Shown: positions 20,309-29,747, counted from the first letter of the stretch. The stretch: DNA of 64,000 bases from Mycobacteriales bacterium (GCA_038230355.1 JBBRNK010000017.1:8821-72820), one strand, 5' to 3'. The notes: generated by a model from the letters alone, not told the origin. A program made the numbers and translations.

Positions 20309-20775
20309 GGGTGTTCCTCGTCACGCAGGGCATCCGTGCGGGCAACGCGTCGCCGAGCGGCGAGGCGGGTGGAGGCTGAACCGGGTCCGTCCGGTCCAGC
20401 AGGGCTCTCGCCCCGGAGAGTGGCCAGTGCCGCGGCAACAGCGGCATCGGGTACGTCGGTCTTGGCCGGCTTGAGCAGGGCCAGAAGCTGGTCCTTGGCG
20501 CCCAGCCTCGGGGCCGGGGCGGTCTGCACGGCGTCAGCCTGCTCGCTGGTGAGCAGCGTGACGGTGTGGTCGGTGACGCCCAGCAGCAGGTCCCTGCCGT
20601 CCACCCGTACGACGGTGAGGGCCGCGCCCTTGCCCAGCCGGGTCGAGCCGCGTACCTCGAGCAGGTTGCTCCGGCCGCGAGCCCCGAGGCCGTCGGTGCG
20701 CTTGAGCACCCACAGCACGACGCCGAGCAGCCCGAAGACAAGGACCACCTTCAGCAGCAGGACCAGGGCAGACAC
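20248..20775 (-). CDS. fliO: FliO
   Basis: N-terminal TM, then LG.GAALTVVRVDGRDLLLGVTDH.VTLL. Confidence 0.85.
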   Translation of the reverse strand: MSALVLLLKVVLVFGLLGVVLWVLKRTDGLGARGRSNLLEVRGSTRLGKGAALTVVRVDGRDLLLGVTDHTVTLLTSEQADAVQTAPAPRLGAKDQLLALLKPAKTDVPDAAVAAALATLRGESPAGPDGPGSASTRLAARRRVARTDALRDEEHPWTRACRPAFRAADGDDALR

Positions 20776-21303
20776 CTAGCGCTCGACCACCGCTGTGACG
20801 CGGACGCCGAACTCGCCGTCGATGACGACGACCTCGCCGCGCGCGACCAGGACCCCGTTGACGAGCACGTCCACGGGGGCGTCGGCGGAGCGGTCCAGCT
20901 CGAGCACCGCGCCGGGTGCGAGCGACAGCAGATCCCGCAGGGGAAGCTTGACGCGGCCGAGCTCGACGGCCAGCTCGACCTGCACGTCGGCGAGCAGTCG
21001 CAGGTCGCGCTGGTCTCCGTAGCCGGTGCCGATGCCGAGGTCGGGCAGGTCGGGGCGGGGCAGTGAGGGGAGGTTGGTGGCCTCTGCGCCCATCCGCGGA
21101 CCCTGGTCCCGCTGCACCGGGATGGTGGCGGGTGCCGCGGGTGCCGCGGGTGAATCGGGTGCTGCATCGGTCGCAGAGCCGGCCCCGCCTGCCGGGTCGT
21201 TCTGATCCAGCATCTGGGCGGCGGGAACGATCGGCGACACCGGATCGGGAACCGCCTCGGCTCCTGCGAAGGCGTCGGCGAACTCGTCGGGAAGGGACAT
21301 CAC
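20776..21303 (-). CDS. fliN: C-ring protein FliN with Pro/Ala/acidic N-terminal extension
   Basis: LLADVQVELAVELGR...VLELDR...VDVLVNG.LVARGEVVVIDGEFGVRVT. Confidence 0.95.
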   Translation of the reverse strand: MMSLPDEFADAFAGAEAVPDPVSPIVPAAQMLDQNDPAGGAGSATDAAPDSPAAPAAPATIPVQRDQGPRMGAEATNLPSLPRPDLPDLGIGTGYGDQRDLRLLADVQVELAVELGRVKLPLRDLLSLAPGAVLELDRSADAPVDVLVNGVLVARGEVVVIDGEFGVRVTAVVER

Positions 21304-22130
21304 AGGCCTCCGGTCACGAGCGAGTGGACGACCACGGCGCGGCGCCGACCGCGCCGACCCAGTGCTGCGCCCAGGACGGGCACGTCGCCGTCGCTGCCGC
21401 CGAGCAGGCCTACCAGGTGCTGGGCGGCGTCGGTGTCGAGCCGGATGACGTCGCCGGGGTGCAGGTCCTCGACGTCCTCGGCGCTGACGACGGTCGGCGT
21501 GAGGCGAAGGGAAATCTCCACCTGCACGTCGCCGAGGGCGGCTTCGGCCATGGCGCTGGGGACAGCCGGTGCAGGGTCGGCGTCCGACGGCAGCAGGGAC
21601 TTCGCGGGTAGGCAGACCGTCAGCCTGACCGTCGTGCCGCGGGGGAGCTCGATGTCGAGGGGGATCGCCACGACCTCACCGCCGCCCACCGGAAGGGGCT
21701 GGTCGCTGACCGCTCCGGCGTTGAGCGACGTGACCCCGTGGTCAGCCAGGGTCTCGGCGAGCGGTCGCAGCGCAGGCAGGGTGTGACGTACGAGCAACTG
21801 CTGCTCCAGGGGTGTGGTGGGGCGGTCCTCGCTGTCACCTTGCCCGCCGAGGTACAGGTCGGCGAGGGCCACCGCGGTCTCGGCCGGTACGAGCAGCAGC
21901 CCGGGGTCGGACAGTCCGCAGGCCAGCGGAGCCCAGACGGCCGCCGGGGTGGCCACCTCGACCAAGGAAACCCGTCGTACGCCGGGGCAGGAGACGGGGA
22001 CCGTGCGGCCGCAGGCGAGCCCGAGCAGCAGGCCGACACGGGGGGCGGCGTCAGTGACGGCCGCGACCAGCCGGGCCGCAGCGGCAGGCATGGGCAGCGG
22101 GTCACGGAAGTCGAACAGCTGGGCGGTCAC
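21300..22130 (-). CDS. fliM: Divergent FliM
   Basis: N-terminal FDFRDP, central R..T.LEQ.L, C-terminal SpoA-like L.PGDVIRL; upstream of fliN. Confidence 0.75.
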   Translation of the reverse strand: MTAQLFDFRDPLPMPAAAARLVAAVTDAAPRVGLLLGLACGRTVPVSCPGVRRVSLVEVATPAAVWAPLACGLSDPGLLLVPAETAVALADLYLGGQGDSEDRPTTPLEQQLLVRHTLPALRPLAETLADHGVTSLNAGAVSDQPLPVGGGEVVAIPLDIELPRGTTVRLTVCLPAKSLLPSDADPAPAVPSAMAEAALGDVQVEISLRLTPTVVSAEDVEDLHPGDVIRLDTDAAQHLVGLLGGSDGDVPVLGAALGRRGRRRAVVVHSLVTGGL

Positions 22131-22247
22131 ACCTTTTCATCGTCGCGAGTGAGCTGGTTATGCATGGCCCGCATGGACCATCTCTTGCAACCACCCGTCC
22201 GGGCCACCAGGGTGACTACCCCCGGGTCGCCGAGGCAGGCAGTCGGC

Positions 22248-23114
22248 CTAGTGGCGAGGTTTGCCGACCTTCGGCGAGGGACCGGCAGAGGGGAGTGCGG
22301 TCGAGGTCGGCGTCGGGGCAGCCGTGACGCGCGGCGCCTCGACGACGATGTCGACGCGACGGTTGAGGGCGAGGATGGCCTCGGTTGTCCCCACCCTGCG
22401 TGGCCTGGTGTCGGCGTACCCGGCTGCGGAGAGCCGTCCCTGTGCGACCTTCTCGTGCTCGATGAAGTGCCGCAGCACCGCCGTGGCTCGGGCTGTCGAG
22501 AGCTCCCAGTTGGAGGGGAAGGCGCCGCTGTTGATGGGGCGACTGTCGGTGTGGCCCTCGATGACCAGGTTGTTGCCGATCTTGCGGAACACCGGGCCGA
22601 GCCCCTGCAGCAGCATGTCGCCCTTCTCGGTGAGCCGTGCCTCGCCGGAGTCGAACAGGACGCCGTTGGTCACGTAGAGCACCAGCCCGCGCGGGTCACT
22701 TGCCACCTCCACCCGATCTGACAGACCGGCCCGCTTGACCTGCTCCACCAAGGCCTTTCGGAGCTCCTCGAGCTTGGCCTTGTCGAGGACGGGCTTCGGA
22801 TCGGCGGGGCCACCGGGGTTGGGGACCCATGCCGACGCCTGTGGCGTGGGGTTGCCGTTCTTGGGGGCCAGCGGCTTCTTGCTCTCGTCGCCCACGGTGG
22901 GAACGCCCTCGCCGGGCAGCTGGGGAAGCACGGTGCCGGTGCCCTTGGCGAACGCCTCCTTGAACGTCTGGAACTTCTTGAGGTCCAGGTTCGAGATGGC
23001 GAACATCATCAAGAACGTGACCATCAGAAGGGTCATCATGTCGGCCAGAGCGATGAGCCATGCCTCGCTCGGGTGCTCTTCGTGGTCCTCGTGCCCACGG
23101 TGCCGGCGGCTCAT
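22248..23114 (-). CDS. motB: Stator MotB
   Basis: WLIALADMMTLL TM; OmpA-like EGHTD, NWELSTARA, AGYAD, NRRVDI. Confidence 0.96.
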   Translation of the reverse strand: MSRRHRGHEDHEEHPSEAWLIALADMMTLLMVTFLMMFAISNLDLKKFQTFKEAFAKGTGTVLPQLPGEGVPTVGDESKKPLAPKNGNPTPQASAWVPNPGGPADPKPVLDKAKLEELRKALVEQVKRAGLSDRVEVASDPRGLVLYVTNGVLFDSGEARLTEKGDMLLQGLGPVFRKIGNNLVIEGHTDSRPINSGAFPSNWELSTARATAVLRHFIEHEKVAQGRLSAAGYADTRPRRVGTTEAILALNRRVDIVVEAPRVTAAPTPTSTALPSAGPSPKVGKPRH

Positions 23115-23115
23115 C

Positions 23116-23910
23116 TCAGGCCGCCTTCTTCTCGCCGACCGACTCGCGGACCTGGGGCGAGAGGTGGCTCTTGAGCTTCTCGCCGACGGCGCGGGGGCTG
23201 ACGCCGGCCTGGATGGCCAGGATGCCCTCGACGATCATCTCGCGATACGCGACCTCGACTGCCGACGCGCGCTTCATCTTGTTGGCCAGGGGCATGAAGA
23301 ACATGTTCGCGAGGCCGATCCCCCAGAGCGTGGCGATGAACGCCGAGGCGATGGCGTGGCCCATCTCAGCAGGGTTGTCCATCTTGCTCAACGCCAGAGT
23401 GAGGCCCAGCACGCAGCCAACGATGCCGATGGCCGGTGAGTAGGTGCCGCAGTCCATGTGGAACTTGGCGGCGACCTTGTGGCGACTCTTCATGGCTGCG
23501 ATGTCGGACTCGAGCACATCCGCAACCTCGGCAGAGTCGGTACCGTCGATGACGAGCTCCAGCCCTCGCTTCATGAACGGGTCCCCGACGGCCTTCGCCT
23601 TCTCCTCCAAGGCCAACAGCCCGTCGCGGCGGGCCACGTCGGCGTACTCCATGAGCACGTTCACTGCCGCCGGGGCATCGAGCTTCTTGCCCGGCAGCAG
23701 CATCTTGAGGGTGGCCTTGATGCCGGGTCCGATGTCGCTCATCCGGTTGCTGGCCATTCCGACCCCCACGGTGCCACCGACGATGATGATGATGGCCGAG
23801 GGGTTGGAGAACGCGACAGCCGGGCTGCCGCCCTCCAGGATGAAGGCCACCGAGACGGCGGCGACGGCAAGGACGATGCCGACAGGGGTTGCGACCTCCA
23901 TGGTCAGCAC
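23116..23910 (-). CDS. motA: Stator MotA
   Basis: IIVGGT, ARRDGLLALE, DPFMKRGLELVIDG, PAIGIVG, EGILAIQAG.SP. Confidence 0.96.
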   Translation of the reverse strand: MLTMEVATPVGIVLAVAAVSVAFILEGGSPAVAFSNPSAIIIIVGGTVGVGMASNRMSDIGPGIKATLKMLLPGKKLDAPAAVNVLMEYADVARRDGLLALEEKAKAVGDPFMKRGLELVIDGTDSAEVADVLESDIAAMKSRHKVAAKFHMDCGTYSPAIGIVGCVLGLTLALSKMDNPAEMGHAIASAFIATLWGIGLANMFFMPLANKMKRASAVEVAYREMIVEGILAIQAGVSPRAVGEKLKSHLSPQVRESVGEKKAA

Positions 23911-24185
23911 CTGCCTTCGGTGGCGGGGCGCAGGTGCAGCACCCGGGCCGGCTCGTCGAGGTGCTCGTCAGGCTCGGTCACGTCGGCCAGCTGCTGTTCG
24001 GCAGCGGCCAGGACCGAGGCCCGGTAGTTGGTGATCTCGGTGACCACCATCTCCGCCGTCTCGACAACCACGTAGGTCTTGCCGTCGACCAGGGTCACGA
24101 CGGTGTCGTGGTGGGCCTCGACGGTCGCGACCAAGTCGGCGTTGAGGTACATCTCGCTGCCGTTGAGGCGCGTCAGATGAATCAC
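23904..24185 (-). CDS. flbD: Flagellar protein FlbD/SwrD
   Basis: IHLTRLNG...YLNADLV.TVE..HDTVVTLVDGKTYVV.E; GGAGG RBS. Confidence 0.9.
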   Translation of the reverse strand: MIHLTRLNGSEMYLNADLVATVEAHHDTVVTLVDGKTYVVVETAEMVVTEITNYRASVLAAAEQQLADVTEPDEHLDEPARVLHLRPATEGRC

Positions 24186-24251
24186 CGCTGCAGCCCTCCT
24201 CCTGAGGACACGACCCTGAGGTCGGCGCTGGCGTCCTGCCTGCGCACCTGC

Positions 24252-24278
24252 CCATCGGCGCCGGTGGGGCGGGGTTGA
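24252..24278 (-). promoter_or_regulatory. Sigma28-type promoter for flbD-motA-motB
   Basis: TCAA-N15-GCCGATGG on the minus strand. Confidence 0.75.
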
Positions 24279-24526
24279 GGGCCTCGCGGACAACTGTCCA
24301 GGTCCCGTGAATTGCAAGCGCGGTCAGGACGACCGTGACGTCGTGGGTGCGGCCCCCGGCGAGCCCGACGAAGCCGCGCAATCGCAGAACCCCTGCGCCC
24401 CTGCCGCGGAGCAGTCGTAGTCGTTCGCAGGCGACGGTGTGGCCGCTCCCGTTGTCGATCCCCGTGCGGACCCCGCCGGCGGACGTGGGACCGACCAGCA
24501 CTGACACCTCGAAGGCGCTCGTAGAG

Positions 24527-24547
24527 ATGTCACCCTTGCTGTGACAT
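24527..24547. promoter_or_regulatory. Palindrome upstream of ferredoxin (possible operator)
   Basis: ATGTCAC-N7-GTGACAT perfect inverted repeat. Confidence 0.45.
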
Positions 24548-24614
24548 GGGTCTCAGGCTAGAACTGGTCCACCAAGCCCCAGAGGCCGAGGCAGGACGAC
24601 AACGGAGCAGTCGC

Positions 24615-24896
24615 GTGAGTTACATCATCTCGGAGCCGTGCATCGGAACCAAAGACGCCTCCTGCGTCGCTGTTTGCCCAGTCGACTGCATCTACGAAGG
24701 CGACGATCAGTACTACATCAACCCTGATGAGTGCATCGACTGCGGGGCGTGCGAGCCCGAATGCCCGGTGGAAGCCATCTTCGCCGACGACTCGGTGCCA
24801 GAGCAGTGGGCGACGTACACAGCGAAGAACCGCAACTTTTTCCAATCGCCTGAGGTTCCGCGGGTAAGGGCAGGCAACAACCGGGCGGCGACGTAG
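24615..24896 (+). CDS. fdxA: 7Fe ([3Fe-4S]+[4Fe-4S]) ferredoxin
   Basis: EPCIGTKDASCVAVCPVDCI...ECIDCGACEPECPVEAI; GGAG RBS before GTG. Confidence 0.93.
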   Translation: MSYIISEPCIGTKDASCVAVCPVDCIYEGDDQYYINPDECIDCGACEPECPVEAIFADDSVPEQWATYTAKNRNFFQSPEVPRVRAGNNRAAT

Positions 24897-25036
24897 CACC
24901 CGAAGAATGGACCCAGGTCGGCGAAGGGGCCTGCCATCGGGGACATGTTGGACCGGGTCTCAAGGACGGCGAAGAAGACGACGGATGGTCACTGCGGCAC
25001 GGGGCCCTCGGGCGGTCGGGGTGTCGAGTGGCGTGC

Positions 25037-25555
25037 TCAGGCCTCGCCGCGGGCCGGGTAGTCCTTCTCCCGAACGAACTCCAAGGCCTTGATCAGGTTG
25101 TCCAGGTGCGGGCGGGCGAAGGGCGTGGACTGCACGTGCGCGGAGTACAAGGTTGCATCGGGGCGCACCAGAAACAGCCCCGGCTCGCTGAACAGGGCCG
25201 GCTCGCTGTCGGTCAGGCCCTTGCTGACATACAGGCCCCAGGCGCGCATGGCGGCCTCGTCCATGCCGTAGGCCACCCGCACGTGCTTGAGTTCCCATTC
25301 GCGGACGGCCCGCTCGGCCCGCTCCTGGTCGTCTCCGCTGACCGCCACGACCTCCTCGACGCCGACGTCACGCAGCTCGCCGAGCCGGCTGTCGAGCTCC
25401 GACAGTTGCCTCTTGCACTGTGGGCAGTGCACGCCGCGGTAGACGACGACCAGCGTGAACTGCGTCGGGGTGGCAGCGGCGAGGTCGAAACGGCCGCCCC
25501 CGACCAACGGCAGGTCCAGCGTGGGGGTGGACTGGCGGGGCAACGGCGCGGGCAT
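25037..25555 (-). CDS. Peroxiredoxin-like AhpC/TSA (redoxin) protein
   Basis: YRGVHCPQC, AVSGD, FSEPGLFLVRPD, PFARP, YPARG. Confidence 0.88.
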   Translation of the reverse strand: MPAPLPRQSTPTLDLPLVGGGRFDLAAATPTQFTLVVVYRGVHCPQCKRQLSELDSRLGELRDVGVEEVVAVSGDDQERAERAVREWELKHVRVAYGMDEAAMRAWGLYVSKGLTDSEPALFSEPGLFLVRPDATLYSAHVQSTPFARPHLDNLIKALEFVREKDYPARGEA

Positions 25556-25693
25556 GGGCACTCCTCGGGACGGCCGGATTCGACCCCTCTGTTGTCGCCG
25601 GTGCGATCGGGGGCGAAACGCAGTTGGTACGGCGCGTCCGGCCCGTCGGGTCTCGACCCGGTGGGTCAGCTCCGACGTCGCACGGAACTGCGG

Positions 25694-26551
25694 TCAGCGC
25701 TTGAGGTTGACGAGCTCCTGCAGCATCTCGTCGCTGGAGCTGATGACCTTCGAGCTGGCTTGGAAGGCCCGCTGCGCGATCATCATGTTGGTGAACTCGA
25801 GGGCCAGGTCGACGTTGCTCATCTCGAGCGCGCCGGCGGCCAACCCACCGCTGCCCTGCTGACCAGGGACGACGTACTGCGCCACGCCGGAGGCGGGGCC
25901 GGCGCTGAAGTGCCCGTTGCCTCGGGCGGTGAGACCTGCCGGGTTGCTGAACGTCGCCAGGGCGATCTGGCCGACCACGAGGCTGGTCCCGTTGGAGTAG
26001 ACCGCGTTGAGCTTGCCGTCGTCACCGATCGCGAACGAGCGCAGGGCGGCCGTCGCGTCGTTGGGGTCCGTCGGCGCAACCGTCAAGGCTGTGAGGGCAG
26101 TCGGGTCGGTTGAGGTGATGGCACCCGTGGTGTCCGCGGGCCAGCCCTGCAGCAGCGATCCCGACGGGTCCGTGATGTGGTTGTTGGAGTCGAGTGAGAA
26201 CGACCCCGCCCGGGTGTACATCGTCTCGGAGCCCAACATCATCGTGAAGGCGCCCGCTCCCTGGATGGCGAGATCCGTTGCCCTGCCGGTGTTCTGGATC
26301 GCACCCTGGGTCTGCACCGCGTCGACGGCGTTGACGTGGACACCCAAGCCGACCTGGGAAGGGTTGGTCGAGCCGACCGTTCCGTTGCCGGCGCTGCCGT
26401 CCTTCAGCAGTTGCGACAGGGTGTCCTGGAAGACCACCCGGCTCGCCTTGTAGCCCGACGTGTTGACGTTGGCGATGTTGTCACCGACGACGTCCATCAT
26501 CATCTGGTTGGAGCGCATGCCGGAGACTCCGGAAAAGAGCGAACGCATCAT
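25694..26551 (-). CDS. flgE: Flagellar hook protein FlgE (short form)
   Basis: MRSLFSGVSG...DNIANVNTSGYK, DLAIQG.G.F, YTRAGSF, LEMSNVDLA.EFT.M..AQRAFQASSK; follows flgD. Confidence 0.92.
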   Translation of the reverse strand: MMRSLFSGVSGMRSNQMMMDVVGDNIANVNTSGYKASRVVFQDTLSQLLKDGSAGNGTVGSTNPSQVGLGVHVNAVDAVQTQGAIQNTGRATDLAIQGAGAFTMMLGSETMYTRAGSFSLDSNNHITDPSGSLLQGWPADTTGAITSTDPTALTALTVAPTDPNDATAALRSFAIGDDGKLNAVYSNGTSLVVGQIALATFSNPAGLTARGNGHFSAGPASGVAQYVVPGQQGSGGLAAGALEMSNVDLALEFTNMMIAQRAFQASSKVISSSDEMLQELVNLKR

Positions 26552-26628
26552 GGCAGTGGTCCTCACGGGGAGTGTGGGAGCCGTCCTGGCAAAGGGGCGA
26601 CGCGACCGTCCTGGTGCGCCGGTGGGAC

Positions 26629-27084
26629 CTAGGGTTGAACGTGTGGTCCTGGCTGGACCGTCGGGGCCTGCTGGACTTTCGTGACGTCACCGATGGCCAA
26701 GGTGCTCCCGTCGTCAAGGGTGAGTTGGGGACCGGCCGCTTCGAGCGAGACCCCGGTGACAAGGCCGTGGTGGGCGATCGCGTCCTTGCCGGCACCGCTT
26801 ACCTGCTTGCCGACCAGGGACTCTGCCGACAGGCGTTCCTGCCAGGCCTGTGAGGTCTTCTGTGCGTCGACGAGCTGACCGAGCTTCTCGACCTGGGCAA
26901 ACACCGCCATCTGGCTCATCTGCTGGTTGCTGTCGGTAGGTGACATCGGGTTCTGGAACCTCAGCTGTGCGACCAGCAGCTTCATGAACATGTCGGAGCT
27001 GCCCATCGCGTTGCTGTCCGGTTTGGTCTGCGCGGCCTTGCCGGTACCGGACGTGGTGTAACTCTGCGGGATGGGTGTCGTCAT
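26629..27084 (-). CDS. flgD: Hook-capping protein FlgD
   Basis: FMKLLVAQLRFQNPMSP.D....SQMA.F.QVE. Confidence 0.93.
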   Translation of the reverse strand: MTTPIPQSYTTSGTGKAAQTKPDSNAMGSSDMFMKLLVAQLRFQNPMSPTDSNQQMSQMAVFAQVEKLGQLVDAQKTSQAWQERLSAESLVGKQVSGAGKDAIAHHGLVTGVSLEAAGPQLTLDDGSTLAIGDVTKVQQAPTVQPGPHVQP

Positions 27085-27094
27085 GGGAACGCCT

Positions 27095-28336
27095 CTACAG
27101 CCAGGTGCCCGCGGGCTGCGGGCTGGGGACGTCGTCCGTGACGTGGGAACCTGGTTGTCCATCGGCCCCTCGCGGACGCTGTGGAGTCGCCCGATCGGGG
27201 GTTGCCCGGTCGTCGGGGCTGCCGGGCCACGCACCGCCCGGCAGGACGTCACCGTGGGCGACGTCGAAGGACGACAGGTCCAGGCCCTGCTCCCGCAGAA
27301 CCTGCTGGACGTCGAAGGACTGGGCCTGCAGGTCGGAGCGGGAGGCGAGGTCCGGGGTGCGGAGCTGGACGTCGACCAGGCCGTCCCTGACGGTCAGCCG
27401 GACGAGTACGGCGCCGAGCTCGGGTGGGTCCAGCCGGATGACGAGGCTCGTGCGGCCACCCTCCTGTCGCAGGTGCCGGGTCGCCTCGATCAGCGCCGGC
27501 CGGACGTGCCGGGTCGGGCCGGTGTCGGGGGTAGTGCCTGTCGGGGGAGACGTCGGGAGGGTGGTCGGCGCGGTCGCCGGTAGGACCGGGGCTGGCATCT
27601 GGACGTTGTCGGCCGGTCCGGGGGTCGCCACCGGAGGCTGGGCGGTCGGGGGTGCGGGCGAGGGCGCCGGGTCGTCCGCTGAGCTGTCCCTGAGCCGTCC
27701 CGTTGCCAGCTCCAGCGCTCCGAGGTGGCGACCGCCGTTCGTGGGCTCGACAGCAGGTGCGATGCCGTTGCCGGTCACAACTGTCACCGGCACGCCTACC
27801 CGGGCGCCCACGGGTGCCGCGTTTGCAGAAGCGGGCCCGGCGGCCGGGCCCGAGGACGTCCCTGCAACGGACGTCGTAGCTGGGGTGAAGGTTGCCGGAG
27901 CGGCGAGCCTGACGGCCCTCAGACCGGGTGGGTCCGCCGCCACGGGCGACCCGGCCCCCCCGCCGGCGGTGACGTCGTGCGCGCTGGCCGATGGCTGCTC
28001 GGGGAGGGCGAAGTTGGGCGGGCCCAGCCGGACGGGAAGGTGGGGAGGGACCTCGTGAGCCGCCGCGGGAGCCACGGTGGGGGTTGCGGTGGCGTCCGGT
28101 CCCCGGGACGGGCTCGGAGCCGCATCGGCGAAGGAGACGGTTGCCGCGGCCGGGCAGGCGGTGGTGAGAGCGGCCAGCAGGCAGGCGAAGCCGTCGGGGG
28201 CGGTGCCGTCGGGCGCATCGTCGTCGGTGGACAGAGGGACGCCGGACCGGACGACGGATCGGACGCCGGATCGGACGCCGGTTGCGCCGGTGTGGGTCGG
28301 CGCGTGAGGTGTCGCGCGAAGCGGGGCGGTGTTCAT
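27095..28336 (-). CDS. fliK: Hook-length control protein FliK
   Basis: Pro/Ala/Thr-rich N-terminus; IRLDPPELGAVLVRL....G.V.V C-terminal domain. Confidence 0.88.
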   Translation of the reverse strand: MNTAPLRATPHAPTHTGATGVRSGVRSVVRSGVPLSTDDDAPDGTAPDGFACLLAALTTACPAAATVSFADAAPSPSRGPDATATPTVAPAAAHEVPPHLPVRLGPPNFALPEQPSASAHDVTAGGGAGSPVAADPPGLRAVRLAAPATFTPATTSVAGTSSGPAAGPASANAAPVGARVGVPVTVVTGNGIAPAVEPTNGGRHLGALELATGRLRDSSADDPAPSPAPPTAQPPVATPGPADNVQMPAPVLPATAPTTLPTSPPTGTTPDTGPTRHVRPALIEATRHLRQEGGRTSLVIRLDPPELGAVLVRLTVRDGLVDVQLRTPDLASRSDLQAQSFDVQQVLREQGLDLSSFDVAHGDVLPGGAWPGSPDDRATPDRATPQRPRGADGQPGSHVTDDVPSPQPAGTWL

Positions 28337-29334
28337 GCGGACCCTCCCAGCTGGCGGTAGCGATCGAGGACCCGGGTCACGTAGGCCTGCGTCTCGGGGT
28401 AGGGAGGGACCCCACCGGCCTTGCGTACGGCGGTGGGGCCGGCGTTGTAGGCGGCGAGGGCGAGGTCGGCGCGGCCGCCGAAGGCATCGAGCTGCTGGCG
28501 CAGGTAGGTCGCCCCGCCGGTGAGGGCCTGTGCCGGGTCGAGGGCGTCGACCCCGAGCCCGGCGGCAGTCTGCGGCATCAGCTGCATCAGGCCCTGCGCC
28601 CCGACGGGTGACGTCGACCGTGGGTTGAAGCCGGACTCGGTCCAGGCCACCGCTGACAGCAGCCGCGGGTCCACGCCGGCGCGGTGCGCGGCCTGCTGCA
28701 CCAGGTTCGCGTAGGGCCGGCCGGCCGCGGGAAGTGCCGCTGCCCACGCGCCGGCCACCGGGGCCGTCGCCGTGCCGGTCGCCGACGAGGGGGTGCCGGT
28801 TACGCGGCGGATGGACGTGGCCTTGGCCAGGTCCACGGCCTCGACCCGAACCTGCGCCCCGGTGTGCGGCGCGACCACCCAGGTGCCGTTGCCGGCGTAG
28901 ATGCCGATGTGGTCGTCAGGACCGGTGTGGTTGAAGTAGACGAGGTCGCCGGGCTGGGCGTCGGCCGGGGAGACCGGCGTACCCGCGCGTCCTTGGTCAC
29001 TCGCGACGCGGGGCAGCGACACGCCCTGCTGGGCGTAGGTCCACTGGACCAGTCCGGAGCAGTCGAACCCGCCTGGCTTGGACCCCCCGTAGACGTAGGG
29101 GGTGCCGACCTGCTGGCGGGCCATCGCGACGGCACGGCTGCCTGCCGCGGTGTCGGTGGACCCGCCGGTCAGGGCGCCCTCAGCGGGGGCGGCGAACACG
29201 GGGGAGGTCGGGCTACGCGCAGCCAGCAGGGCACTGGCGAAGGCGCCGGTCGGAACGGGAGCTGTCGCCCCGGACAGGGCCTGCAGCCGGGCGGTGATCT
29301 CCGCCGTACGGGCCTGGATCTCGGGCAGGCTCAC
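28333..29334 (-). CDS. Flagellum-associated peptidoglycan hydrolase: NlpC/P60 plus SLT transglycosylase
   Basis: GTPYVYGG, FDCSGLV, HIGIY; AWTESGF, GAQGLMQLMP, ALAAYNAG, ETQAYV. Confidence 0.92.
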   Translation of the reverse strand: MSLPEIQARTAEITARLQALSGATAPVPTGAFASALLAARSPTSPVFAAPAEGALTGGSTDTAAGSRAVAMARQQVGTPYVYGGSKPGGFDCSGLVQWTYAQQGVSLPRVASDQGRAGTPVSPADAQPGDLVYFNHTGPDDHIGIYAGNGTWVVAPHTGAQVRVEAVDLAKATSIRRVTGTPSSATGTATAPVAGAWAAALPAAGRPYANLVQQAAHRAGVDPRLLSAVAWTESGFNPRSTSPVGAQGLMQLMPQTAAGLGVDALDPAQALTGGATYLRQQLDAFGGRADLALAAYNAGPTAVRKAGGVPPYPETQAYVTRVLDRYRQLGGSA

Positions 29335-29747
29335 CGTGGGACCCGCCGCAGCGAGGCGAGGTCATCAGCCAGCCGTTGGTCGCGCTTGTCCTGCAGGGCA
29401 GCGGCCTCCGCGTGCTTGCGCGCTGCGAGCTCGGTGACGAGCTGGTGCTTCTGGCGGGCCGCTGTCCAGCCGCGGACGGCCTCGTCCTGCAGCTGTTGGG
29501 CCTGTGCGAGGGCAGCTTCGGCGAGGTGTACGGACTCCGCCCGGAGCAGCCGTACCTGGCTGGAGGTCTCCAGGGCGGTGCGGGTCCCCCCGGCCAGGCC
29601 GGCCGAGGACAGGTGAGCCAGCTGGACCTCGCAGGCTGCGGTGGCCTCCCGGGCAGCGGCGAGGGCGCGGCCGGCCCCACCCCGAGCCACAGCCTCCTGG
29701 AGCTCGGCGACCCGGAGCAGGGTGGCGACGGGCGAGCGACGGGTCAT
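29331..29747 (-). CDS. fliJ: Probable FliJ
   Basis: Coiled-coil, L..LLRV..LQE start, QRLADDL end; directly after fliI. Confidence 0.75.
   Translation of the reverse strand: MTRRSPVATLLRVAELQEAVARGGAGRALAAAREATAACEVQLAHLSSAGLAGGTRTALETSSQVRLLRAESVHLAEAALAQAQQLQDEAVRGWTAARQKHQLVTELAARKHAEAAALQDKRDQRLADDLASLRRVPR

Noticed and set aside
22141..22190. Sigma70-type promoter for fliM (TTGCAA -35)
   Set aside because: No properly spaced TANNNT -10; the region is AT-richer but a promoter cannot be placed
23968..24507. 179-aa minus-strand ORF upstream of flbD
   Set aside because: It runs through the flbD promoter and CDS out of frame with no recognisable family; the 5' part could be a degraded gene but I cannot support a call
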